From NCBI GenBank assembly GCA_000004695.1, contig CM000151.3:5216001-5280000 (forward strand): a stretch of DNA of 64,000 bases, written 5' to 3'. Shown here piece after piece: positions 1-20,395 of the stretch (its first letter is position 1; each line of letters begins with the position of its first letter). Source of the DNA: Dictyostelium discoideum. Lineage: Eukaryota. Below the pieces are notes generated by a model. That model was not told where the DNA came from, ran no database searches, and saw nothing but the letters and a program-made list of their open reading frames with translations. The translations under genes and the position numbers were made by a program.

Positions 1-1123
1 TGGATCATATGTGGAAATCACAAGATTTAGATTTACATATGACCATTTATCGTTGTATTGCAACTGGTATGGGTACTGGCTTAATTGAAGTGGTTCCAAA
101 TTCAGAAACTGCCGCTAGAATCCAAGCTGGTGCTGGTGGTGTATCTGGTGCTTTCAAACAAACACCCATTGCAAATTGGTTGAAAAATCATAATCAAACT
201 GAAAATAGTTATCAAAAAGCAGTTTCAAAATTCACATTATCTTGTGCTGGTTATTGTGTTGCAACTTATGTTTTGGGTATTGGTGATAGACATAATGATA
301 ATATTATGGTAGATATTCATGGACACCTTTTCCATATCGATTTTGGTCATTTCCTTGGTAATTTCAAAACATTTGCAGGATTTCAACGTGAAAAAGCTCC
401 ATTCGTTTTAACTCCTGATTTCGTTTATGTAATTGGTGGTAAAGATTCTCCAAATTTCGCTTTCTTTGTTGATATTTGTTGTAAAGCTTTCAATATAATT
501 AGAAGTAATGCTCATGTTTTTATAAATATGTTTGAATTGGTAAGTTTTATTATTATTATTATAATTATTTTAAAATTTTAAATATTAATATATATTTTCT
601 TTTTTTTTTTTTTTTTTATTATTATAATTAGATGTTATCCACAGGTATTCCAGAACTTAGAAGTGAAAATGATATTGTTTATTTACGTGATAAATTTAGA
701 TTAGATCTTACAGATGCAGAAGCTTCAGAATACTTTAAAAAACTTATTCATGAATCAATAGGTACATTAACAACTACAATTAATTTTGCAATTCATATTA
801 TGGCACATCGTAAAAATTTAGTTTCTGGTAATTCAGCACCTAAAATTGGAAGTGCAAGTAGTTTAAATTTAAATAAAAATAAACCATCATCACAAAGTAA
901 ATTAGATTTAAGTAGATCAGATTTAAGTAGATCAGATTCAAGTAGATCAGATTCAAGTAGACTTGACTTAAGTAGATCAGACAAAAAAAATAATAAGGAT
1001 AATAAAGAAAAAGAAAAAGAAAAAGAAAAAGAAAAAGAAAAAGAAAATAATGATAATAACGACAAGGATAATAATAATAATAGTAATAATGACACAGAGA
1101 AAGAAAATAGTATAGATAAATAG
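1..1123 (+). CDS. Phosphatidylinositol 3-kinase (class I-like) catalytic domain C-terminus, 5'-partial. Exons 1..~540 and 632..1123, intron ~541..631.
   Basis: The translation carries the PI3/4-kinase catalytic and activation loop motifs GIGDRHNDNIMV and HIDFGHFLGNFK...REKAPFVLTPDF, closest to class I p110 rather than Vps34. A GTAAGT donor follows ...MFEL, and a T-rich intron ends in ttaattAG immediately before ATGTTATCC (MLSTGIPELRSE.., a conserved p110 helical tail). The frame is continuous into the ORF at 632..1123. The C-terminus is a low-complexity SRSD/KEKE tail. The gene starts upstream of the window. Confidence 0.8.
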
Positions 1124-1184
1124 TAAAATAAACTACAAATTGTAGTTTTTAATAAAATTGTAAATAATTATTATAATTAAACTC

Positions 1185-1217
<33 letters not shown>

Positions 1218-1219
1218 AT

Positions 1220-1948
1220 TTAATTACATTTTTGACAAGATGGTGTATTTGTTTGTTTATTTATTGAATATGGTGAATTTGGTTTAATAATTTCACTACA
1301 TTTAAAACATTTAAAACAATTGGCATGATAATTTTTACCCATCGCAAGAAGGGTTTGTCCGAGCGTCATTGAATTACATCCATTACACTTATCAACTTTT
1401 TCAAAACAATCCTCACAACAGTAATTACTTAATTTTGATGTCATTTTCTCTCTATAATACTTTTCATTATTTATTCCTTTTTTACAAATTGTACACTTTA
1501 AACAACCAATATGATATCTTTCAAGATCAATAGTCAATATATCTAAAAAAAAAAAAAAAAAAGAATTAGTAATTAATTAATTATAAAAAAAAAAAAAATA
1601 ATTATTTTTTATTCCATACTATAATTAATTATAAAAAAAAAAAAAAAAAAAATAAAAAAAAAAAAAAAAGTACTAACCTTCATTTTGTCTAAAATATTTA
1701 TAACATAAAGAACAAAATCCTAAAGATTCTCTCAATGGTTTTGATTGATCATTTCTAATTACTTCACACTTTGCACAATAAAAATCACCAGTTTCTTTAT
1801 CTGTAAAGTAAGGATCGGAAATAGGAGTAGAACATAATTTACAAACAAAACATTGCTCATGAAATGTATCAGAGTTATGGTTTGTTATTATTTTATTTGT
1901 TATTTCTAATTGACATTTTTTACATTTTAAAATATTTTGACCACTCAT
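1220..1948 (-). CDS. LIM-domain protein (three Cys-rich LIM-type zinc fingers). Exons 1678..1948 and 1220..1542, intron 1543..1677.
   Basis: The minus-strand ORF 1673..1948 starts [13 protein letters not shown]...[10 protein letters not shown]...DFYCAKC, a LIM-type spacing of C-x2-C...H-x2-C-x2-C...C-x2-C. It ends ...RQNE at an AAG|GTTAGT donor. The acceptor ttttttAG|AT restores the frame into the ORF at 1220..1537 (..[45 protein letters not shown]). The track's M at 1537 is a TTG. Confidence 0.7.
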
Positions 1949-2486
1949 TTTATATTACTATTATTATTCTTATTTTATTATTAATTAAAAATAGAAAACT
2001 AAAAATAAAAATTTAAAAATAATTAAATTTGAAAATAAAAAAAAAAAAAATAAAAAAAAAATTGGACTTGAATTGTTTATTTGAAAAACCTGGGTGTGAA
2101 AATAAGTTTTTTTTGTCCAACCCACACTTTGGAAATAATAAGATTTTTTTTTTCAATTTAGGTGAAAATTCAAATTCCAACCATTTGGCCTTCATCATTT
2201 TTTTTTTTTTTTATTTTTTTTTTTATTTTTTTTTAAATTTCAAAAAAGATAAAAATAGAAATTAAAAAAAAAAAAATAAAAAAAACTAAAATAATGAAAA
2301 TAATAATAATCATGTTTTTTTTTATATACCATTTAAGATTGTAAACACTTAAATTATTAATTGAATTTTTAAAAATATACTGTCAATGGTTAAAAAAAAA
2401 AAAAAAAAGAAAAAGAAAAATTTCCTATTGGTTCATTTTAAATTTCTAATGGTTTTTTCCCAAAAATTTTATTTTAGAAAATTGTT

Positions 2487-5400
2487 TTATTTTGATTTTA
2501 TTTTTTGTTGGTGTTGTTGTTGTTGTTTTGTTGTATTCTTTTTAATAACTTTAATTTGATAAACTATATCATTATAAACTGTATCTCTATCTTTATTAAT
2601 AAAACTTGTGAAATTAAAAATTTTATAATCACTTGTTTTAATTTGAAGAGCATTGAAAACCAAAGCTACTTTAATTTTCTTAACTTCAATAATATTTAAA
2701 AGTGGTACAGATATTTTACCACCAATTGAAATACCAACTTGTTTTAAGAGATTATGAAAACCTAAATATCTACTACTAATTACCAATAGACCTAATTGAC
2801 CATTATAGGAGCAAAGATATTTTTCAATGATGAACTCATTCTCTGGAATAACATTTATACTTTCAATAGAAATATCAACACCATCTATTACCAAAGGTTT
2901 TTCAACTACACCTTTAATCTTATTTACAAATGTACGTGATTCTTTATCAAATTCCATTCTAGTTGATAAAATTGATATAATTTCATCAAGTGAATTTGAA
3001 ATTAATTGATTTAAAGTTTGTTTAGTTGTTGTTGTTGCCGATGTTGATGTTGATAATGAACCAGATGATGATGACGATGATGATGAATTCATACTATTTG
3101 ATAGTTTCTTTTGATTTTGATTATATTGATCAATTAAAGAAGTTGTATCCATTTCAGATAATGATAATAATAAACGAAGTGGTAATAATTTCTCTTCAAG
3201 TATTGGTGTTGCAACACCACCACCACCTCTATGAAATAATACCATTAATTCTCTAAGTACTGAATTTACAATTAAAATTTGATCAACATTTAAAATTACA
3301 TGATCAGAATGAAATGGTAATTTCAATTCATTTGGTCTTTGAATTAATAGATATTGTAATTCTTGAATAATTTGAATCCATAATTTTCTTAAAAATGGTT
3401 TAAATGAAGTTTCTCTAAACTTTCCATATAATTCTTCAATCTTTGTTGTTAAAAATTCTTTAATTTGTGATAATATCATTTTTTCAAATCTTCTTAAATT
3501 AATAACTGATCCATTTAATCCATTATTATTATTATTATTATTATTACCATTACTATTATTATTATTATTATTATTATTACCAATTGAATCAATTAATGAA
3601 CCAGAAGAATTTGATTGAGAATTTTGAATTGGTGTAAAAACATATGGAGGAGTTGTAGTAGAATCAATTGTTGGTGAAGTTACAGAATGATTACTATTAA
3701 TTGAAGATGACAAACCATTAGTGGTGGTTGTAGTGGTCGTTGAATCAATATTTGTACCAACACTACCAACAATTGAATTTGGTGATAAAACTATTAAATT
3801 TTCTTGAATATTTTGTTGTTCAGTAAAATGACTATTTTTTAAAACCAAAGGTTCAGAGAATAAAACTGATTGAAAACAATAGAATAAATAATTTTTAATT
3901 CTTTTACAAAGGAAATCCTCCAAATCATCAATTGATTGATTTAAATATTTATGAGTATCGTCAAGACAAAGTTTAAAACTATCTTCAATACATTGTTTTG
4001 TATATTTATCTAGATTTTGAATTTCACCTTGTTTCTTTCTTTCCTTTAGATTATTTAAAAGATTTGAATGAATTGTTGAGGCTAAAGAATCCAATTTAGC
4101 TTTTGATTGTTCGATATTATTATACATTATACATGGTTCAATGTTTAGAGTGAAAATGGGTGGTTTACCATCGATTGATTCAACTTCAGTTGCTTCTATC
4201 CAATCATAAAATTCTTGTTTTAATAAATTTACATAGTGAATGATTTGTGAGCTAATAACTTCCAATAGTTGAACAAAAGAGAAAGAATCTGGTAACCACA
4301 TTAATGAATCGAAATCTTTTAATGATTGATCACATTGTTGAAAGAATTTTTTAAAACTAAAACTATGACCTAGTGTAATGGAAGCCAAAGTTTTCTTATC
4401 ATCACTTTTAATCGATTCAATACAACAATTTGAAAGTGTTTCATTGATTTCTTTTAATAACTTGTAAACATAAGTTACAAACAATTGTTTCAATGGCATT
4501 GGTTTAAATCTTTCCATTGCAATTGATTTTGTGAAATTATGATAATCCAATACCCTTTTAACCAATGGTAAAATGTTTGGATGGTATGGTGCCCAACTAC
4601 AAAAATCCTCCATAATCGTTAGAATACAACCACCCCAAACATCAATCAAATCACAAGTTATCTTTACATCAATTGGGAAGGCAGATTCATACTTGAGAGT
4701 GTTATTAACTTCCTCTTGAATGATTTCGATCAATTCTATTAACATTAGAGAGATCTCAGATACTTGTTTGATTTTACTTGATAATTCCATTTGAAGGAAA
4801 CCCATTGCAATTATATTCTCTTCAAATTTCTTTTTTTGTTCAATTATAATGGTTGATGATAAAAGATAATTGAAATAGATTGATTGATGTTGTGGTTCAC
4901 CAGTGATATTTAAATTTAATAAATTACAAATGGAACCTAACGATTGAACTAACCCTTTCAAAGCATTTCTTGGTTTATTATTTGGGAATGATTCATAGAA
5001 TCTACCAATGGTGAATTTAATTTGTGAAAATAGTAATACAACACTTGAATGAATTGATTTTAATTCACCCTTTATGAAAATGAATGGTGTTTCATTAATA
5101 ATCTCCCAAATTCCTTCTAAAAGTTCTTGTAATTCCATTATATAATTTTTACTTTTATTTGATAATGCTGTAGTTGAAGATGCTAACGATGGTTTCATCT
5201 CTAATTTATATCTATCTGCCATTATACTTAATTGAACTACCATTGTCGTTGATTTTGATAATCCATATCTAAGTGAATATTGATTCAATAACATTCTAAA
5301 ATAACTTAATATCCAAACATCCTCTTCTTTGTCATCATTTGTTGTATCATCGAATGGGTTTATAAATTTTGGTGGAACTGATGAAGGTGTATATGATGTT

Positions 5401-5753
5401 GGTGATTTAATATTTGATTTCAATAATGATAATTTATAATTCTCTTGTTCTTCTAATATAAAATTAAATAATGTTGAATATAATGATATATGTAAAACTG
5501 AACATCTATGTTGTAAATTAATTGATGAATTTGGATTATTAATTGGTAAATTATCAACATTATTACCACCACCACCACCACCACCACTATTATATGATTT
5601 TAATATAATTTGACGTTGATCCAATTGTAATAAATATTGATTATACTCTTGAAATTGATATTGATATTCAATTGATAAATTAATTTTACCAATTTCTAAA
5701 TTATTATTTATAACACTTTTAATTGAATACCAATCTTCTTTTATAATTTCATT

Positions 5754-5788
<35 letters not shown>

Positions 5789-8700
5789 TATCATTATTAT
5801 TATTTATTATTATTCTATCTTCTAATTCATCTTTAACATTAATTTCAACAATACCAATACACTCATCATTATTCATTAATAATAATTCTAATTTTGATCT
5901 TGGTTTTTTAATTTTAATTAAAAATGATTCGGACCATAATGGATTATTATCATTTGAAATTGTTGTTGTTTTTACGAACTTTTCACTACCACTTAAACTA
6001 TTACCACCATTTGATATAATTATATAACAATTATTATTATTATTTGTTGGTGATGGTAATTTCAAATCAATTGCTTGTAATACATTTATAAAAATACAAC
6101 CAATGAAATCACCTTCTTTAAAAATTATTGATCTCATTACACGTGATATCTCTTTTAATTCTAATGATTTCCATTTTTCATAATTACTTTTAAATAATAT
6201 ACTATTATCATCATCATTATCATCATCATCATTATTAATCTCATTATCACCATTAATATTCTCTTCACCATTTTCTACACTTTCACTATTACCATTACTA
6301 CCTTCAATTAAATTATTTTGTTGTCTTAAATTTTGTTGTCTAATACCTAAATTTGAACTTTCACCACCATTTGAAAAAGAAAATTCATTATAATATGGAT
6401 TTGAATCTAATAATAATGATTCTGCTCTACTCTTTAATTCCACTAAAATACCTTCATCTTTATATGTAGAATTGATTAATAGATTCTTTGTAATTGCTCT
6501 TGCTTCAACATCATCAATCATTAATTTTCTTTGTAATCTATCTAAAAATTGTTGTGGAGATTCCATATCAACCGGTTTCATATATGGTAATGAATTACTA
6601 AAACAACATTGAACTAATTCAAATAATAAATTCTGAAAAAAAAAAAAAAAAAAAAAAAAAAACAAATAAATAAAAATATGTTAACATATATTTAAATAAT
6701 AATAATAATAATTTATAATTAATAATTAATAATTAATTATACTTACTTTATCATTTTTATCATAATATTTAAACTTATCTATAAATGATTTAAAAGGTGG
6801 ACATTTTAAAACTTGAATTGTTGTATTTGATTTTGTAATATTATAAGTATGTAATGATTTTAAAGGATTTAAAACAACACCACGTTCAATACTCTTTGGT
6901 AAAAATAGATAATATTCTTCAATTGTTATTCTCTTTCCAATATATGTTGATAATTCTCTAAAGATTTCTGATATTTTAGAATCAATATCAATTGATAATT
7001 TAATACATCTTGATTTATCTTCTACCAATTCAAATTGTAAATTTATATCTTTAACAATTGAAAATTTTTTAAAATATAATAATTCACTAATATTATTATT
7101 ATTAGTACTATTACTAAAATATGATGATACAGTTTTATCTTCTTCTAAAATATAAAATTTTTTTTCACCAATTATTGAATTATTATTTAATGGTGTTGTT
7201 ATATTATTATTATTATTATTACTACTACTATTATTTGATTTTGAATTCACTGGTGTATTAATTGGTGAAGTATTAATACGATGTTTTAAAGTTATTGATT
7301 GAGTATGAATTAATGATAATTGATCTTTATTTTTATTTAATGCTTTAACTAATGATTCAAAAGATTGTAATGATGGTTGTTTATCTAAAGTTGGTATTTT
7401 ATTTAATTTCTTACTATTTCTTTTTGATTTTTTACTTGGTTTACTCTTTACTAATATATACTGTGATTGATCAACTATTGATGATGATGTTGTGGTTGTT
7501 GATAATCTACTCCTTATTTTATCTAATAATTCACAAACTAATGAATCTTTAGAAATTGTTAATGTTATTACACTTGAACTACCAAATTTTTCAAAATCTT
7601 CAATTTCAATTGAAATTTTAATATTACTATTATTTGAAGATGTTGAGGAGGAGGTTAAATTATTTTCAGGTGAAATTAAAGTTGGTGTACCCCTATTTGG
7701 TGAATTACTACTACCACCACCACCACTACTACCACTACCACTAATTGATAATGATCTTTTCTTACTATTTGATGTTGTTTTTGATAATGGTGATAATGCT
7801 CTATTTGTACCTGATCCACTTCCCATTAAACTATTACTACTATTACTTTTATTACCAGCTATACGATTACCAATATGACTATTTAAAGCATTACCATTAC
7901 TATTATTATTATTATTTATATTTACCAACTCATCATCATCTTGATCGAAATTATCAGTTATTTGAGATGATATTTCATCAGAATCATATGTACTATTTCC
8001 ATCGTCTTCTTCTTCATCCTCGTTATCATCATCATCTTCTTCATCGTCATCGTCATCATCTAAATTTTCACCACCACCATTTGCAATCCATTGACTATTT
8101 AAAACTTTAAATGCTTTTGAACGATGAATGAATGATGCGAATAAATATTTCTTTTTACTAGTTCTAATTTGAATTGCATTTGGTAAATAAAATGTACCAA
8201 TCTTTTTCTTTATACTTTTAATCTCTTTAAATGAAATCAATGTTTTCTTATTCTTTGCTAATGTTGATGTGCTACGAAATCCAATAAATCCTTGTGTAAT
8301 ATACATTGTACCTGTATGTGACATACTTGCCATTTTCTTTGCTTGTTTTGTACAATAACATTCTGATATAACTAAAATTCAAAAAAAAATAAAAATAAAA
8401 AAAAATAAAAAAATATTAATATTTTATTATTATTATTATTATTATTATATTATTTTTTTTTTTTTTTTTTTACCTTGTTCTTGATGTGGTAATGATGGAA
8501 ACCAACGAAACATTAATGGTAATGATTTCATTGTTGTACTATCATTTTCAGGTACTAATTCAAAATTTAAAGTTAATGTTGAATTTGGTATGATTTCACC
8601 TTTTTTATTCTTTAAATTTATGACTTTATCTAAATAAATTGGTGGTGGTGATGTTGCTCCATTACGATTGGTGGTGGTGGTGTTACTATTATTACTATTA

Positions 8701-9348
8701 CTACTACTACTAATTGTTGATTGATCATTCATTAAATTTCTAATCTCTAAAGTTATTGGTGCTAATGGTAATGTTGCAAAACAAAATGATTCACCACTTT
8801 TTAACATTTCCCATGTCTTAACTTTTAATTCCATTTCACCAGCTGGATAAACATCTTCATTAACTTCAAATATAAATGTCTCTTTTTGAAATATTACATT
8901 TTCACCACCATTAACATATTTTGTTTTATATTTACTATCATGTAATTTTAATTTTACTAAAACCCATTGTTTCTTTTTTTTTAAATAACTTCCATTAGGT
9001 ACTTTTATTTATTATTTATTTGTTTAATATTATTTATTTTTTATTATTTATTATTTATTATTTATTATTTATTATTTATTATTGTATAATAGAAAAAAAA
9101 AAAAAAAGAAAAAGGTTTTTATTAATTTGTGTTTAATTAATAGAAAAAAAAATTATAAAAATAAAATTAAAAAAAATAAAAAAAAATAAATATTAAATTT
9201 GGTAAAAACAAAAAAAATAAAAAAAATAAAAAAAATCTAAAATTGATATTTTATGACTTTCATACTCCTTAAATAAAATATCTAAAATTTTAAACAAAAA
9301 AAAAAAAAAAAAAAGAACCTTACCTGATACTAAAAGTCTCTCTTTCAT
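2487..9348 (-). CDS. Large (~2,100 aa) protein with two C2 domains and a long helical C-terminal region; function unassigned. Proposed exons 9324..9348, 8474..9001, 6747..8362 and 2487..6632.
   Basis: Three minus-strand ORFs (8445..8834, 6726..8333, 2487..6665) join in frame through canonical introns. CAAG|GTAAAAAA...tatatcAG|AATG joins the first two, and GATAAA|GTAAGT...ttttttcAG|AATTTA joins the last two. The 8.4-9.0 kb ORF stays open upstream to an aaaAG|TACC acceptor and encodes a C2-like fold (..QWVLVKLKLHDSKYKTKYVNGGENVIFQKETFIFEV..GEMELKVKTWE). A 25-nt first exon ATGAAAGAGAGACTTTTAGTATCAG|GTAAGG at ~9324..9348 fits the phase. A second C2 domain lies in the large exon (FIGCIFINVLQAIDLKLP...NPLWSESFLIKIKKP...IGIVEINV). 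The assignment of exon 1 is the weakest part. Confidence 0.6.
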
Positions 9349-9425
9349 TTTCTATACAAAATGAAAAATAAGAATTAAAAAAAAATGTATGAATTTTTTT
9401 TTTTAAAAAAACTTTGATTTCTTTT

Positions 9426-9457
<32 letters not shown>

Positions 9458-9978
9458 TAAATAATAGGAAAAAATAAAATAAAATAAAACAAAATAAAAA
9501 AAAAAATAAAGTAAAAAAAAAAAAAAAAAAGAAAAAAATATTTATTATTTTACAAGGAAGTTATGAGAAAAAAACAGAGTGACAGGGTTGCACTACCATT
9601 AATTTTTTTTTTTTTTTTATGATGATTAGAAATCGATATCTTCTTTTGTATGTTGTTATTATTATAATTCAAAAAGGTTCTAAAAATAAAAAAATAAAAA
9701 AAAAATAAAAAAAAAAAATAAAATTTTTTTATTTTTTTATTTTGAAATTATTTGAAAAAAATTACCCACTTGGGTTAAACAATTGAAAAAAAATAATTAA
9801 TTTATTATAAAAATAGAAAAAAAAAAAAAAAATTTTATCTTTAGATATTAATAGATATCTAATATATTTTATTTATTATTATTTTTATACATTAAAAATT
9901 TTTTTTTTCTTTTTTTTTTTATTATAATTTTTTTTAATTAAAAAAAAAAAAAAAAAAAAACAAATTATCTATATTTGA

Positions 9979-12895
<2,917 letters not shown>

Positions 12896-12918
12896 TGATT
12901 TTTTTTTTTTTTTTTTTT

Positions 12919-12955
<37 letters not shown>

Positions 12956-13543
12956 TTTTTATTTCTTTATTTTTTTAAATGTATAAAAAAATAAATAAGT
13001 GAGGGTATAAAAAAAAATTGAGTAAAATAAAAAACTAAAAAAAATACCCAGAGAATAGAAAAAAAAAAAAAAAAAAAAAATTAAAAAAAAATTAGTATTC
13101 TTTTTTTTTTTTTATTTTATTACTGTATTTTCCAAAACAGACATATGTTTCAAAAATTTTTATTTTATTTTTTTTTTTTCAATTTTTTTTTCTTTGGTGA
13201 AATAAATCAAGTTAAAAAATTTAAAAGTTTCTCTTCGATTTTTTTTTTTTTTCCAAATTTAGGATGATGTTTTTAAAAAGTAAAAAAAAAAAAAACAATA
13301 TAATTATTTTATTATAAAAGTGAATCACAAATTTTTAAAGAGTCCCTTCTTTTCTTTCAACTTAATCAATTTTCCATTATTTTCCTTTTTTTATTATTTT
13401 TTTTTTTTTTTAAATCACTAATTTGGAGAAAAAAAAAAATTTATTACTACTCTTCAAATTAAAAAATTTGAATTTTTCAGAAAAATCTTTAAAAAGATCA
13501 AGAATATTTTTTAATTGAAATGCTTATTTTCTTTTTTTGAACA

Positions 13544-13574
<31 letters not shown>

Positions 13575-13693
13575 CTTGCTTAATTTCATGTAAAAAAAAA
13601 AAAAAAAAAAAATTAAATTATTTTGATTAGATTTTAAATCTTTGATTGGTATCTAAGTAAGATATTTAGAAATTTGGTGGAAAAAGTACAACG

Positions 13694-13731
<38 letters not shown>

Positions 13732-14473
13732 CAACCAGAATCAAAAAAATGAATAAACAAATTTGAAAAGGGTTTTCAATATTATTCGATATCTATCAAC
13801 CGCTAAAAAATTTAAATAAAAAAAAAATAAAATAAAAAAATAAAAAAAATAAAATAAAAAAAATAAAAAAAAAAAAAAAAGATTTTTTAAAAAATCATTT
13901 TTTCATATTTTCATTGTTTTGTAAAAAAAAAAAAAAAAAAAAAAAAATATAAAAAATAAATAAAAAAATAAAAGATAAACTTAAGGTAAATTATTTTATT
14001 TAAATAAATAGATATACCATCACAACACCAAATAAGAAATTTAAAACATTTCTTTCAAAAATGAAAAAATGTGTGTGAATTTAAAAATAATAAAAAAAAA
14101 AAATAAAAAAAAAAAAAAACACTAAAAAAATAAAAGATTTGTTATTGTTGTGTTTACTTTTTTTTTTTCAATCTTTTGTGAATTTAATATGAACGAAATA
14201 TTGATTATATTATTATATCTCACACATATAAAAACATACACCAACATATACATATCTCACACAATACCACCCTTTAAAATAAATATAATTTATATAATTT
14301 TTAAATTTTTAAATTTTTTTTTTAAAAAAAAAAAAAACAATAAAAAAATGATAGTAGGTTATGGTTAAATTATAAATAACCATTATCACAACCACTAGTT
14401 GGTCTATTGTTTTATTTTTTTTTATTTTTTTTTTTTTTTTTTGTGATTTTTTTTTTATGATTTTTTTTTTTTA

Positions 14474-14508
<35 letters not shown>

Positions 14509-14694
14509 TTTTTTCTTTTTATATATCTAAATCAATATATTAAAAAACTATAAATATATTAATATTTTTTTAATTTTAAAAAAAAAAAACAGTATTTTTT
14601 TTTTTTCTTTTTATTTTATTTTTCCATCCAAAAATAGAAAAATTTTTTAAAAAAACGAAAAAACAGAAAAAAAAATCATAAACAGAACGAAATC

Positions 14695-14734
<40 letters not shown>

Positions 14735-14758
14735 TTCCTTTTAAGTAATAATAATAAC

Positions 14759-14799
<41 letters not shown>

Positions 14800-14827
14800 A
14801 ATTTATTATAATAATAAATAAAAAAAA

Positions 14828-19376
<4,549 letters not shown>

Positions 19377-19393
19377 TAAATTGTGTAATATTA

Positions 19394-19427
<34 letters not shown>

Positions 19428-19948
19428 TTATTATTTATTATTTATTTTAATTTATCTGCTGGAAATTTAAAAAAAAAAAAGATAAAAAAAAAAAAAGAAA
19501 TGGTGAAAGAAAAATGAATGAGGTTAAAAAAAAAAAGATTCTTAAAAGGGGGGGTGGAGTTGATAAAAAAATAAAATTGAAATCACATTCAGCCCTAATT
19601 GAGTCAAATTATTTTCACTATTTTTGATATCAAAGAAAATTCTTTCCTGTTTTCTCTTCTTTTTATTATTTTTTTATTTTTTTTTATTTTTTTTATTTTT
19701 TTTTATTTATTTTATTTTTAATATTTTTTTTTTTTTATTTATTTGGTGTAATCTTGTTGTAAAAAAAAAAAAAAATAAAATAAAATAAAATTGGAGAGTC
19801 ACCAAAAATATCTGAGTATTGGGGAAATCAGGTACCAGTATATTATTTTATTTTATTTTATTTTTTTTTTTTTAAAAAAATTTTTTTTTTTATTTTTTCC
19901 CAAAGCTTGAACGCATTTTTTTTTCTTTCTTTTTTATATTTAATTTTT

Positions 19949-19990
<42 letters not shown>

Positions 19991-20331
19991 AAATAAATAA
20001 AATAAAAATGTATATTGAATATTTATTACATTTTTACAAGTTACAATATTTTTTTTTATTCTAAAAATAAAAAAAATTTTCACCCCACTGTTTTGCCCTA
20101 GATCAAAATTTACCACATTGTTTTTTATTTTTTATTTTTTTATTTTTTTTTATTTTTTATTTTTTATTTTCTTATGAAAATAAATTTTACATCACAACAA
20201 TTATTTTCACCAAAAACACATCACACAATCACCCAATGAGTTAAAAATAATAAATTTATTTATTTATTAATTTTTTATTTATTTTTTATTTATTATTTAA
20301 TTTTTTTATAAAATTAAAAATTAATATTAAC

Positions 20332-20391
<60 letters not shown>

Positions 20392-20395
20392 GAAA

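Noticed and set aside
540-632. Treating ORFs 9..581 and 632..1123 as two genes, or the stop at ~579 as the PI3K terminus.
   Set aside because: A GTAAGT donor directly after ..MFEL and an AG acceptor directly before MLSTGIPELRSE join two conserved halves of the PI3K catalytic C-lobe. The poly-Ile tail (..VSFIIIIIIILKF) is intron read-through.
7352-8110. Plus-strand ORFs 7352..7552, 7492..7878 and 7745..8110 inside the large minus-strand gene.
   Set aside because: These are antisense to a well-supported coding exon (6747..8362) in a poly-Asp/Glu/Ser/Asn region. They translate to low-complexity poly-Leu/Tyr/His with no start context.
14150-14368. ORF 14150..14368 and other 60-90-aa ORFs in A/T deserts (2013..2265, 26513..26716 in part, 28813..29224, 31815..32084, 32931..33227, 35878..36114, 36401..36993, 38391..38906, 42488..42712, 53938..54138, 55543..55743).
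   Set aside because: These are Phe/Lys/Ile/Asn-only translations of near-pure A/T sequence. They have no GC elevation and no splice or start signals, and are expected by chance at this base composition. Only the patch at 26513-26650 was kept, as a low-interest finding.
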